64,000 nt of DNA from Vulcanimicrobiota bacterium (GCA_963777315.1 CAVZQC010000002.1:256001-320000), one strand, 5' to 3'. Shown: positions 9,157 through 19,627, counted from the first letter of the stretch. Numbers and translations: made by a program. The notes: generated by a model not told the origin, from the sequence alone.

Positions 9157-9741
9157 CTATTTGCCGGTCAGCTGCTCGTACAGCGCGTGCACGCGCTGTT
9201 TAAGATGCAGAAAGTCGCCGTCGTTGTCGATCACGTAGTCCGCTCGAAGGCGAGCCTGCTCGGGTTCGATTTGGGAGGCCATGCGCGACTGCGCCTGCTC
9301 CTGCGTCATACGATCGCGGCGAGCGATGCGCTGCAGCCGCTGCGCGATTGGAGCGACGACCACGATGCTGGCATCGACCCGGCGGTCGTAACCGGTTTCG
9401 AACAACAGCGGAACCACGTGCACGACGAGCTGACCCGGAGCGGCATAGCGGTCGCGTTCGTCGGCCAAACGGCGGACGTGCGGATGGACGATGGAGTTCA
9501 AGCGCTCGCGCGCCGGCGGGTCGTGGAAGACGATGTGCGCCAGAGCGGCACGGTCCAGATGTCCGTCGCGCACGACGGAGGGCCACGTGCGCGCAATTTC
9601 ACGCAAACCGTCGCTGCCCGGAGCAACCGCTTCGCGCGCGAGCCCGTCGGTGTCGACGATGTACGCGCCGAGCGATTCGAACAGCCGCGCTACTTCACTT
9701 TTTCCGGCGCCGATGCCGCCGGTCAGTCCGATTCTCCTCAA
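9157..9741 (-). CDS. coaE: Dephospho-CoA kinase
   Basis: RIGLTGGIGAGKS P-loop, LDRAALAHIVF, LNSIVHP, VPLLFE, ADYVIDNDG. Confidence 0.96.
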   Translation of the reverse strand: MRRIGLTGGIGAGKSEVARLFESLGAYIVDTDGLAREAVAPGSDGLREIARTWPSVVRDGHLDRAALAHIVFHDPPARERLNSIVHPHVRRLADERDRYAAPGQLVVHVVPLLFETGYDRRVDASIVVVAPIAQRLQRIARRDRMTQEQAQSRMASQIEPEQARLRADYVIDNDGDFLHLKQRVHALYEQLTGK

Positions 9742-9782
9742 CCGCGGAGCCTCAAAGCCAATGGCACATCAGGCACACGTCC

Positions 9783-10453
9783 ATCGCACATCCTGTGCGA
9801 GCGGCAAATGCTCGCATCCCGCTCGCTATGCCGCCGGTCAGTCCGATCCTCGCCACCCGCCGACCTCAAACTATCAATCGCACATCAAGCACAAACGCTA
9901 TCGCACGTCCTGTGCGAGCGGCAAATGCTCGCATCCCGCTCGCTATGCCGCCGGTCAGTCCGATCCTCGCCACCCGCCGACCTCAAACTATCAATCGCAC
10001 ATCAAGCACAAACGCTATCGCACGTCCTGTGCGAGCGGCAAATGCTCGCATCCCGCTCGCTATGCCGCCGGTCAGTCCGATCCTCGCCACCCGCCGACCT
10101 CAAACTATCAATCGCACATCAAGCACAAACGCTATCGCACGTCCTGTGCGAGCGGCAAATGCTCGCATCCCGCTCGCTATGCCGCCGGTCAGTCCGATCC
10201 TCGCCACCCGCCGACCTCAAACTATCAATCGCACATCAAGCACAAACGCTATCGCACGTCCTGTGCGAGCGGCAAATGCTCGCATCCCGCTCGCTATGCC
10301 GCCGGTCAGTCCGATCCTCGCCACCCGCCGACCTCAAACTATCAATCGCACATCAAGCACAAACGCTATCGCACATCCTGTGCGAGCGGCAAATGCTCGC
10401 ATCCCGCTCGCTATGCCGCCGGTCAGTCCGATCCTCGTCACCCGCCGACCTCA
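9783..10453. repeat. 117-bp tandem repeat array, ~5.7 near-identical copies (a degenerate partial copy extends to 9713 into the coaE 5' end)
   Basis: TCCTGTGCGAGC recurs at 9791, 9908, 10025, 10142, 10259 and 10376 (period 117). Only a few substitutions distinguish the copies. Confidence 0.97.
9866..9973 (-). other. Repeat-encoded 35-aa mini-ORF resembling the CoaE N-terminus (also at 9752-9856, 9983-10090, 10100-10207, 10217-10324, 10334-10441)
   Basis: GAGG SD, then GTG start, MARIGLTGGIASGMRAFAARTGRAIAFVLDVRLIV and TGA stop. Expression is unknown. Confidence 0.5.
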
Positions 10454-10470
10454 CACTACCGTCGGGTTCC

Positions 10471-11625
10471 TTATTCCGGTTTGACCTCGGCGGCCTCCGG
10501 TGCCGGCGGCGCGCCGACTTCCTCGTCGATGGCGTACTTCTCGATCTCTTCGGGTGGAACGTCCGCGACGTGCTGAATCGATGCAGTGATCCGTCGCGTC
10601 GAGTGATTGATCGTCAGGAGCGTCACTTCGACTTCCTGGCCGGGGCTGAACTGCGCCGAAGGATCGAACTCGCCCTTGGGCACCATCGCCAAAACGCCCG
10701 GAACGATTTCCACGAGCAGATAGTTCGGCGTCACCTTGACGATCTGCGCGGACAGCTTGTTGGTCTCGTACAGCTTGTCGGCGTGCTCGTCCCATGGATC
10801 GGGCAGCGTGTGCTTGAGCGACAAGCTGACCTTCTTTGCGTCCGGGTCGAATTTCATGATTTCGACGTTGACGACGTCGCCGATCTTCACGACTTCGGAG
10901 GGATGTTTGATGCGGGCGTAGCTCGAGCTCGCTGTTGTGGATGAGCCCGTCGATGCCGCCCAGATCCACGAATGCTCCGAACTCTGCCAGCCGCACGACC
11001 ACGCCTTCGCGGATCTGTCCGACCTCGAGCGTGCCGAGCAGCTCCTGTTTCTTCGCGTTCAACTCCTCTTCCAGAACCAGACGCTGAGAGAGAACTACGC
11101 GATGCCGTTTGTGGTCGAGATCGATGACCTTGAGGCGCAGCTTTTGCCGATCAGCTCGTCGAGATTGCCGACCGGCTGACGGCGGATCTGCGAAGCCGGA
11201 ACGAAGCCGCGCATGCCGAGATCGACCAGGACGCCGCCTTTGACGACCTGCGTGACGGTCGCCTCGATCACTTCGTCGCGATCGTGCGCTTCGATGACCT
11301 TCTCCCAGGTCTTGAGCGCGCGGGCGCGGCGTTCGGACAGAAACAGCGTACCGTCCATGTCGTCGATGCGATGGATCATCACCTCGAGCGTGTCGCCGAC
11401 CTTTAAGTCTTTTGGTTCGATCGCCAGAGAAAGTTCGCGAAACGGCAGCGCGCCCTCGGACTTGCCGCCGATGTCGACCAGGAGCTCGTCCTGATATTTG
11501 GCCACAATGACGCCGTTGAGAACTTGTCCTTCGTCCAGGACCTTGAGCGATTCTTCGTAGAGTCGTTGCTCGAGCGCGTGCTGGTCTTCTTCTTCGTGCA
11601 CGGGAGCGATGTTGGTCGTAGTGAT
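10471..11625 (-). CDS. rpsA: 30S ribosomal protein S1, short 4-domain type (two compensating indels near 11143 and 10925)
   Basis: S1 domains: LLVDIGGKSEG, VKGGVLVDLGMRGFVPASQI, FGAFVDLGGIDGLIHNSEL, KVSLSLK. The frames join after adding one A in an A run and removing one G. Start uncertain (ATC 11625 or GTG 11601). Confidence 0.92.
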
Positions 11626-11656
11626 TGTTTGAGTTCCTACCTTCGTTTATTTTGCA

Positions 11657-12469
11657 TTATTTCTGACACTTGCGGCACCACCAGGTTCCGCGTTGCGCAA
11701 TGACGGTCCGCACGATTTCGCTGCGGCAGCGAGAGCACGGAGCCCCCGTTCTGCCATAGACCGAAAGCGCGTTTTGAAAGCCGCCCTTCAATCCATCTGC
11801 ATCGACGTAGTCGTCCACGCTGCTGCCGCGCATGTCGATAGCGCGCTGCAGAACGTCGACGAGGGCATGATGCAATCGGCGAATCGCCGGTTTGGTCAGC
11901 GTTCCGGCGGGCCTGCCGGGACGAATCCCGGCCTGCCAGAGCGCTTCGCACGCATAGATATTGCCGATGCCCGCGATGCGCCGCTGATCGAGCAGAAACG
12001 CCTTTATGGGCGTTGTCCGCCCCGACAGCATAGCGATAAAGCCCTCCGGAGTAAAGTCCCCGGAAAGCGGCTCGACGCCCAAGGCGCGATCCCACGCCTC
12101 GCCGGGCCGGACCAAGCGCATGCGTCCGAACTGGCGCACGTCGGCAAACGCGAGCTCCGTCCCGTCCGAGAAGGTCAGAACGACGTGGACGTACGGATAG
12201 TCGCGTCCTTTCGCCTCAAGGGCTACCAGGCGCCCGGTCATTCGCAAGCTGACCACGAGCGCCTCGCCCGAGTGCAGCCCGATGACGGCGTATTTTCCCC
12301 GGCGGTCAACTCCGCAGATACGCCGGCCGCGCACCGCCTGTTCGAACGAAACGCCGGCGGGCGCCACCGCAATTTTTTTCATCGTGACGCGCGCGCGGGC
12401 GATCGTTTTGCCGACGATGGCGCGGCGCAACCCCCGCACGATCGTTTCGACTTCGGGCAATTCCGGCAT
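11657..12469 (-). CDS. mutM: Formamidopyrimidine-DNA glycosylase
   Basis: MPELPEVE N-terminus, RRGKY, GIGNIYACEAL, C-terminal CSRC...CRKCQ zinc finger. Confidence 0.97.
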   Translation of the reverse strand: MPELPEVETIVRGLRRAIVGKTIARARVTMKKIAVAPAGVSFEQAVRGRRICGVDRRGKYAVIGLHSGEALVVSLRMTGRLVALEAKGRDYPYVHVVLTFSDGTELAFADVRQFGRMRLVRPGEAWDRALGVEPLSGDFTPEGFIAMLSGRTTPIKAFLLDQRRIAGIGNIYACEALWQAGIRPGRPAGTLTKPAIRRLHHALVDVLQRAIDMRGSSVDDYVDADGLKGGFQNALSVYGRTGAPCSRCRSEIVRTVIAQRGTWWCRKCQK

Positions 12470-12484
12470 GCCAGTTTCCGGCTG

Positions 12485-12931
12485 TTAGCGGGGCAGGCCC
12501 AACACGCGCGCCCCTGCATGCAATCCGTCAGCCGGTGCTTCGCCCGCCGGAAGCTCGATGACGTATTTGGCGCGGGCCTGCTCGAGCGGAATGTCGCCGT
12601 CGGCCATGCTCGCGGGTACCACCGGCACGTTTGCGTACACTTGGCGCACGATGCCCTGCGCGGAAATGAAAACCATGTCCAGCGGGACCAGCGTATCCTT
12701 CATCCAGAACGCGACCGGCTCGTCGGTTTCGAACACGAACAGCATTCCGGTCCGGCGAGGCAAATGCGCCACGCCCATGAGGCCTCGCGCGCGCTGCTCG
12801 TCCGTGTCCGCAACTTGAACGCGGACGACTGCGCGCGGCAGGTGCAGGGCGATCCGGGGCAAGGATTGCGCAGTCGGAACCGGCGCCGGATTGGCCGCCA
12901 GAACGAGTGCGAGGACGAAGTTACAAATCAT
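12485..12931 (-). CDS. DUF192 family protein
   Basis: Signal peptide, ADT...RARGLM, GMLFVF, FWMKDTLVPLDMVF, YVIELPAG. Confidence 0.9.
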   Translation of the reverse strand: MICNFVLALVLAANPAPVPTAQSLPRIALHLPRAVVRVQVADTDEQRARGLMGVAHLPRRTGMLFVFETDEPVAFWMKDTLVPLDMVFISAQGIVRQVYANVPVVPASMADGDIPLEQARAKYVIELPAGEAPADGLHAGARVLGLPR

Positions 12932-15541
12932 CCGTTTGCTCCACGTCGTACCAATTCGTTCCGACCTTTGCCGTAGCGACCAGCGGAACGTCCAGCTCGA
13001 CGACCCCTTCCATCTCCGAGCGCACCAGCTGCGCCGTCTGCCGCAGCTGCGAGCGGTGCACTTCAAAGATCACTTCGTCGTGTATCTGCAGCAGCATGCG
13101 CGCGTCCAACCCCTCACGGGAGAGCCCCGCCGCAATTCGAACCATCGCCAGTTTCATGATGTCCGCGGCGCTGCCTTGCAGAGGGGCGTTGGTCGCCTCG
13201 CGTTCGGCAGCCGAGCGCAGCATGTAATTGCTGGAACGCAGCGCAGGCATGTATCGTCGCCGGCCCAGCAGCGTGCTGACGTAGCCCAGATCGCGTCCGC
13301 CGGCAATCACGCTCTCGATGTACGCGCGCACCTTGGGAAAACGCGCGAAATACGCTTGCGTCATCGCTTTGGCCAGCGCCCTGTCGATCTCCAGCCGTTG
13401 CGCCAGACCAAAATCCGACATGCCGTACAGCAATCCGAAATTCACCGATTTGGCCATGCGTCGCTGATTGCCGTCGACGTGCGCGCCGGCGGGCACGTTG
13501 AATATTTGGCGCGCCGTGAAGTCGTGGATGTCCTGACCTTCTTCGAAGGCTCGGCGCATCGCTTCGTCGCCCGAAAGATGCGCCATCAAGCGAAGTTCGA
13601 TTTGGCTGTAGTCCGCGGCCAGCAGCACGTACTGCTCTGCGGGAGCTGACGAACGCGCGCCGGATCCGCCGTCCGAGATCGCTGCGCACGGGAATATTCT
13701 GCAGATTCGGATTGGTCGAACTCAGCCTGCCCGTCGCCGTGGCGGTTTGGTTGAAAATCGTGCGCAGCCGCCCGTCGCTCTTGTCGGTCAGCGCCGGAAT
13801 GACGTCGACATACGTGTTCTTCAGACTTCGTGACTTCGCGATATTCCAAAACCTTGGCGCAGATCGGGTAATCGCGGGCCAATCCCTGAAGCACTTCGAC
13901 GCCCGTTGCCCATCCCGTCTTGGTTTTTTTACCGCCCGGAATACAGAGTTTGCCGAAAAGCACGTTGCCCAGCTGCATCGGCGAACCGATGTTGAACTGC
14001 TCGCCGGCAAAATCGTAGATCTCTTTTTGCAGCCGCTCTACCGCCGAGTCGATCTCTTTGGCTAAAACGTGCAGCTCCTTTGGATCGACCAGGACTCCGG
14101 TCCATTCCATTTGCGCCAAAACCGGCGCGAGCGGAACTTCGACTACTTCATACAGGCGAAGCTGGCTGCGCGCCTGTAATGCCTCGCGCTCCGCCTGAGC
14201 GAGGCGCAGCACGGCGTCGGCATGCGCGGCAACGTCGTCGCCGGCCGAGAGCGCCAGCACTTCCTGCGCCGCTTCCTCGATCCGGGCGAACGTGCGCGAC
14301 GGATTGAGCAAATGCGCCCCGATCATTGTGTCGTCGGCGAAGGGCTTGGGCGAAAAACCGTGCGTGTGCAGCAGGTGCAACAGGCTTTTGACGTCGTGGG
14401 CGGCAAAGCGCGCCGCGCTTTCCCACAGCGCTGCAAATGCCGCAGCAACCGGTTCGTGAGCGAGCGCTCCGGCGGTAAATCCCAGTCCGGTGCCCGACTG
14501 CGCGCTCACGCCGAGCTCGCCGCCGGCTTTGACGGCAAACGCAATCGTACCGGCGCCGACGAGCTCTTCCAGCTCGCGCGCAAGTTGCGTGAATTCCGGC
14601 GGGTCGGTTGCGGCGACGTACGAGCGGTACCGCCCTTTGAGGCGCTCCTGCGTTTCCAGCAGCGGCATCTCCAGCGGCACGTCCAGCTTGCTCAGCAGCG
14701 TTTTGAATTCGAGATCGCTGTAAAGACGGTACAGCTCGTCGTTGCCCGGCGGCGTATAGCGCGACTGCTCCCAATCCAGCGCGATATCCAGATTCTTGCG
14801 CGCAACCGATACGTCGCGGCACACTTGTGCCTGTTTGCCGTGCTCTTCGACGAGCGCGCGCAATTTGGCCGAGCCGGCCAAAGCCGGATCGCTTACGAGC
14901 GCATCGAGAGAACCCGCTGCTTTAATCAGCTTTATCGCGGTCTTTTCCCCGACACCGGGAATGCCGGGCAGGTTGTCGGATGGATCGCCCTTGAGCCCGC
15001 GGTAGTCGGGAAGTTGCACGGGTTCCAGGCCGTCGTAGCGCTCGCGAACCGCCGCAACGTCGTATCGCCCGAGCTCGGTGATTCCGCGCCGCGTCATCAG
15101 TATCGTGGTGTTGGCGTCGACCAGTTGAAAGAGATCGGTGTCTCCGGTGACGATCACCGTTTCTTGACCGTCCCGTTCGGCCTGTCGAGCGAGCGTGGCG
15201 ATGATGTCGTCGGCCTCTTCGCCTTCAATCTCGACGATCGGAATCCGGTTCACGTCGAGAATCCGTCGAACGAGGGCAAATTGCGGACGCAAGTCGTCGG
15301 GCATCCGATCGCGCTGGGCTTTGTACTGACGGTACAGCGCCACCCGGTGCGCGGGCATGCCTTTGTCGAACGCCGCGACGATGTGCGTGGGCTTTTCGTC
15401 CGCGGCGATCTTGTTGAGCATCTGCGTAAAGCCGTAGGCGGCATTGATCGGCACGCCGCGCGTGGTCGTCAGCGGCGGCAGCGCGAAAAACGCACGGTAC
15501 ACCAGTCCGTACGTGTCCAGCAGCATGAGTTTGTCGCTCAC
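12921..15541 (-). CDS. polA: DNA polymerase I (two +1 indels near 13825 and 13642)
   Basis: 5'-3' exonuclease (YRAFFALP, EADD, GDPSDNLPGIPGVGEKTA) and polymerase motifs TGRLSSTNPNLQNIP, ADYSQIELR, AKSVNFGLLYG and LQIHDE, spread across three frames. Confidence 0.95.
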
Positions 15542-17907
15542 TGCACGATCAAATCGCTCGATGCCGCCGTCACGCGGCCGTCGTCGTCGACTTTGAGCAG
15601 CGACAGCACGTACTTGCCCGGCTTGGCGGGGACGAGCAGCTGCACCGAATCGCCGGAACGGCGTTCGACCTTCCAATAGTAGCTGGCCGTATCGGCCTGC
15701 GTCATCGTGAGGTCGGCCGGCGGATTCGTTCGCCGCACGAAGGTTTGAATGATCGCGTGATCGCCGGTGAAATCGACCCATGGGTGCCACAACGCGCCGT
15801 CGCCGGCCGTGTCCTGCGTGGCGGTCGTGCCGATCGCCAGCAGATCGGGCGCACCGGCGAACAGCGCAGAGCCGGTGGGAGCGCTTTTGGTCACGCGAAC
15901 GATCACCGTGCCTGCGCCGGGCCGCACGTCGCCGATCCGCGCCGTTGCCGTGGCGCCTGCGGCGTACGACGCGCGATCGAGCAGCAGCGGCGCACTCAAG
16001 GGTCGTCCCGGAGCATCCAGAACCAGCGGAGCATCTGCCCACAGCAGCGCGCCGTCACGCACGAACGCCGCGCCTATCGCCAAGGCGCCCGGAGCATCGT
16101 CGATCCGCAATGCGGCCGCCGCATGCCCGTGCTGCGTGGGAACGACGCGCACTTGCGTCCCGGCAGCGCTGTCCAGAGTGATGAAGGCATTGCCGTATGC
16201 GCCTGGCGCAAACGCATCGACGCGCACCTGCTGGCCTGCCAAATAGCGCTTGCGATCGACCGAAATTGCAACGTTCGCACTAGCCGCGGCTTGCGCGCGC
16301 ATCGTCTGCGGTTCAACCTGCAGCTGCGCTGCATCCATCGCAGGCTGCGCGCCGTCCGTGCGCGCAACCAGCAGATTAGAACCCACTTGCGGCAAGCTGA
16401 ACGACCCGTGCGCGTGGCCGCCTGCGTCGAGTGAAACGGTCTGCTGCTGCGCGGAAGAACCGTGGATCAGCTGCACGCGCACCGTAATCCCGGCGATCGG
16501 TTTGCCGGTTGCGGCATCGGTCGCGTAAACGTCGAAGGCCGCGGGCGTACCGCTGCCGACATCGTCACGGTCCAGCGAAACGCGCAGCGCGATGCGCGAC
16601 GTCGGAACGACGATGCGCGTGTCGGCGGTTGCACCGCCGGATCGGGCGCGCACTCCGTACGTCGAAGCCAACCCGTCAGTCGGGTGCGGAATCTCGATCA
16701 ATGCGCGGCCGTCTGCGCCGGTCGTCACCGTGGAGGAAAACCATCGCGCCACGCCCCACGGCTGCGCCGCCGATTGCTCGACGTAAGCGTGCGGCGAGCG
16801 AATGACCGTCGCGGTGACGTTCACGCCGGCGGCCGGCATGCCGCCGCGCAAAGCTCGCACGATCAGCGGAACGTCAGATCCGGGATCGCAACCGCCTTCG
16901 CACTGCTGCGCGAGCGACAGCGACAGTCCGTTCGCATCGGCATCCACGTGCACGGCGGTCCCGGCCGCCGTACCGGCGACGGTGGCGATCGCCGCGTATT
17001 CCCCTGCCGCGCTGGATTGCGGCACGCGCAGCGCCGTTGCAAACGCGCCGGACGAGTCCAAGCGCACCGACGTTTGCGCCGCTACGCCGTACGGCGATCG
17101 TAAAACGATCGTTGCCGTCCCGTATCCGGCCCGCAAACGTCCGCCGCTGCGCGAACGCGCGAAGCCGACGATCTGCAGTTCGTCGCCTGCATGCACCACT
17201 GCCGAAGCGGTTTTGATGCCGACGATCGTCGGCGGCAACGGCGCCTGAGGCAGGAATGAAACGAATGCCGAGCTGCTTGCCCATTGCGCCAGCGCGAAAA
17301 CGGGACGCGGGCGCGTCCGCCACGCCAGCACTCCGCTGCCGTCGGTGTACCGGTCGGTAAAACGGCCGTTCACGATCAGCGACACGCGCATGTGCGCGAG
17401 CGGACGTCCCGTGCCCAAGTCGGCTCCGTAGAGCGTTATCGAGCTCGGCGTTTCTTTCGTCAGCAGCGCAATGCGCGTGCGATCGATCCACACCTGCTCG
17501 CCGACGCTGCCGCGCCGCGCCTGCACGACGAAAAATCCTTCGCGCGATCCAAGCGGCACCTGCACGTCGTTGCTTTGAAAGCGGTAGCCTCCCGGCGGCG
17601 CGTACTGCCAACGCGCCAGCGGCCGCAAACGGCGCGTGTCTATCGCGCGCGGCCGCATCGTCGATCCGGCAACCAGAACGTCGGCGGGATCGACTTGATA
17701 CACTGAAAACGCGACCGGCGCGCTGGTATAAGTGTCCAACCTGACGGCCGTGGGTTTCCAAGGAACGTTTGAGTCGCGCGCGTACAGCGCGAAGTACGCG
17801 TCCAAGCGATGGTAGTCCAACAGCGGCCGAGCGGCGTGTGCGGGCAGTGCCGCGGCAATAAGCGCAAGCACCGGCCCTGCGAGCAGCACACGGTTACGAC
17901 GGAGCAT
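15538..17907 (-). CDS. Secreted alpha-2-macroglobulin-like protein (MG domains only)
   Basis: Signal peptide, then motifs LLTKE...LYGADLGTGRPL, VHAGDELQIVGFARS, ISVDRKRYLAGQQVRV and LDRASYAAGATA resembling bacterial A2M MG domains. Confidence 0.6.
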   Translation of the reverse strand: MLRRNRVLLAGPVLALIAAALPAHAARPLLDYHRLDAYFALYARDSNVPWKPTAVRLDTYTSAPVAFSVYQVDPADVLVAGSTMRPRAIDTRRLRPLARWQYAPPGGYRFQSNDVQVPLGSREGFFVVQARRGSVGEQVWIDRTRIALLTKETPSSITLYGADLGTGRPLAHMRVSLIVNGRFTDRYTDGSGVLAWRTRPRPVFALAQWASSSAFVSFLPQAPLPPTIVGIKTASAVVHAGDELQIVGFARSRSGGRLRAGYGTATIVLRSPYGVAAQTSVRLDSSGAFATALRVPQSSAAGEYAAIATVAGTAAGTAVHVDADANGLSLSLAQQCEGGCDPGSDVPLIVRALRGGMPAAGVNVTATVIRSPHAYVEQSAAQPWGVARWFSSTVTTGADGRALIEIPHPTDGLASTYGVRARSGGATADTRIVVPTSRIALRVSLDRDDVGSGTPAAFDVYATDAATGKPIAGITVRVQLIHGSSAQQQTVSLDAGGHAHGSFSLPQVGSNLLVARTDGAQPAMDAAQLQVEPQTMRAQAAASANVAISVDRKRYLAGQQVRVDAFAPGAYGNAFITLDSAAGTQVRVVPTQHGHAAAALRIDDAPGALAIGAAFVRDGALLWADAPLVLDAPGRPLSAPLLLDRASYAAGATATARIGDVRPGAGTVIVRVTKSAPTGSALFAGAPDLLAIGTTATQDTAGDGALWHPWVDFTGDHAIIQTFVRRTNPPADLTMTQADTASYYWKVERRSGDSVQLLVPAKPGKYVLSLLKVDDDGRVTAASSDLIVQ

Positions 17908-18001
17908 CGGTGTCTGCGCTTCGACGGTGCATTTGTGCGGCCTTGTGCAGGCAGGGTTCGCTCGCGTTCGGGCGTATGCGACATCGCGTAACTGGAGATC
18001 G

Positions 18002-18544
18002 ATGTTGAATGTGTTTCGCTGCGCGGGTGCGCTCGCAGCCGCGGTTTGCCTGATTCCGCTGGCGGTGCCCGCCGCGACGGTGCCCAAGCCCGTGCCGCTG
18101 CCCAGTCCGAACTGGCCCGCCAAGCCGCTGCACGTGCAGCTCCTCGTCGAGGTGAACAAGCACGGGCAGGTCGTACGCGTCGCGCACGGCACGCTGTCGG
18201 GAAACCGTCCGTTCGATACGATGACTCTGGGCAACGCCATGCAAATGTGGATTCGCCGCCCCGACGGCAGCGCGCAGACGGGCCTGTATCGCGTGAGTTA
18301 CGATTACAATCCCAAGAGCCATCACGTTGCACGGGTTCCGGCGCTTGTAAAAACCGGCGGCAATTGGGCCGACAAACCGGGTGCGGCCACGCTGATCATT
18401 CAGGACGCGCGCCGTCAGGTGCAGCAAGCCGAGGCGCGCATTCGCGCAGAGCAGGCGCGCAATCGTAAAAGGAACGAAAAGAATCTGCCCGACATCAACG
18501 CCGCTGTACGACGGGCCGAGGCCCGCCCCACGCATAAGCCGTAG
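18002..18544 (+). CDS. Periplasmic protein with TonB-C-terminal-like segment
   Basis: GGAG SD, signal peptide, Pro-rich stretch, VQLLVEVNKHGQVVRV...SGNRPFD pattern, C-terminal coiled coil. Confidence 0.55.
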   Translation: MLNVFRCAGALAAAVCLIPLAVPAATVPKPVPLPSPNWPAKPLHVQLLVEVNKHGQVVRVAHGTLSGNRPFDTMTLGNAMQMWIRRPDGSAQTGLYRVSYDYNPKSHHVARVPALVKTGGNWADKPGAATLIIQDARRQVQQAEARIRAEQARNRKRNEKNLPDINAAVRRAEARPTHKP

Positions 18545-18547
18545 CGC

Positions 18548-18775
18548 GTGCCCCATAAACGCGCGCGAAAGCCCAAGCCGCGCATTGCGTTGTTCAACGA
18601 TCCGGGCGCGAACGTGGAACGCTCCTGCCGCAGCAAAGATGCCTACCCGAGCCCGGAGCACGCGCGGGCGATAGCGGTCATGCAGGGCAAAGGCGGCGCG
18701 CTGGCCGTCTACAGGTGCGCGCATTGCGGGTCGTGGCACTTGACGCACCGCAAGGAGCCGCCGTGCGATACGTGA
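18548..18775 (+). CDS. Small putative zinc-binding protein
   Basis: CRSKDAY...A...VYRCAHCGSWHLTH (C...CxxC...H). Confidence 0.65.
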   Translation: MPHKRARKPKPRIALFNDPGANVERSCRSKDAYPSPEHARAIAVMQGKGGALAVYRCAHCGSWHLTHRKEPPCDT

Positions 18776-19604
18776 GTTTCCATCGAGACGGCGCGGTCGT
18801 GCCCGGAATCGTTGAAGACGATCGCATTCGCGCTCTTTCGTGCGATTCGCTGGTCGAATACATTGCGCTCGACGAACGCCGGCGCGACGCGTGCCGGACC
18901 GCGCGAACGTATCCGCTGGACGGAGCGCAGCTCGCCGCACCCGTTCGTCCGAATAAGAACGTGTACTGCGTGGGACGCAACTATCTCGAGCACGCCAGGG
19001 AAGGAGCTCGCGCAGCCGGCCGCGATCTCAAGTTGCCCGAAGTTCCGACGTTCTTTTCAAAAGCGCCGACGGCAATCGCCGATCCGGACTCGCAGCTGCC
19101 CCTTGCAGCGCGCATTTCGAGCGAATACGACTGGGAAGGCGAGCTGGCCGTCGTCATCGGCCGCCGGATCAAAGACGTCGCCGAAGAACGCGCCATGGAG
19201 GCGATTTTCGGATACACGTGCCTGAACGACGTCACGGCGCGCGATCTGCAGCGCGCGCATCTGCAGTGGCTCAAGGGCAAGAGCCTGGATCACACCTGCC
19301 CGCTGGGCCCGTGGATCGTCGGAACCGACGAGATCGCCGATCCGCACAAGCTGCACTCACCACGCGCGTGAACGGGCGCAAGAAGCAGGAATCCAACACG
19401 GGCCACATGATCTTTCGCATTCCCCGGCTGCTCGCCGAACTGAGTAAAGGCATGACGCTCGAACCCGGCGATGTACTCGCTACGGGAACTCCCGACGGTG
19501 TGGGCTTTGCCAGAACGCCGCCGGAATTTTTTGCGCACGGCGACGTCGTTGAAGTCGCGATCCAGAAGATCGGCGTTCTGCGCAACACCATCCTCATCGA
19601 GTGA
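18763..19604 (+). CDS. Fumarylacetoacetate hydrolase family protein (-1 indel near 19352)
   Basis: CVGRNYLEH, DWEGELAVVIG, NDVTARDLQ, KGKSLD; second frame continues TLEPGDVLATGTPDGVG. Confidence 0.9.
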
Positions 19605-19627
19605 CGCGCCGAACCGGTAAACAGCGC

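Noticed and set aside
9783..10453. CRISPR array
   Set aside because: Units are identical over the full 117 bp with no unique spacers, and no cas genes are in the window.
8497..10944. Long plus-strand ORFs (815, 378 and 361 aa) crossing the repeat
   Set aside because: They arise because the 117-bp unit (39 codons) has no plus-strand stop in any frame. They are antisense to coaE and rpsA and have no recognisable domain.
12921..15541. polA and rpsA as pseudogenes or programmed frameshifts
   Set aside because: They are normally indispensable or near-universal genes with intact motifs, and no slippery-site plus stimulator pattern is evident. Scattered indels fit sequencing error.
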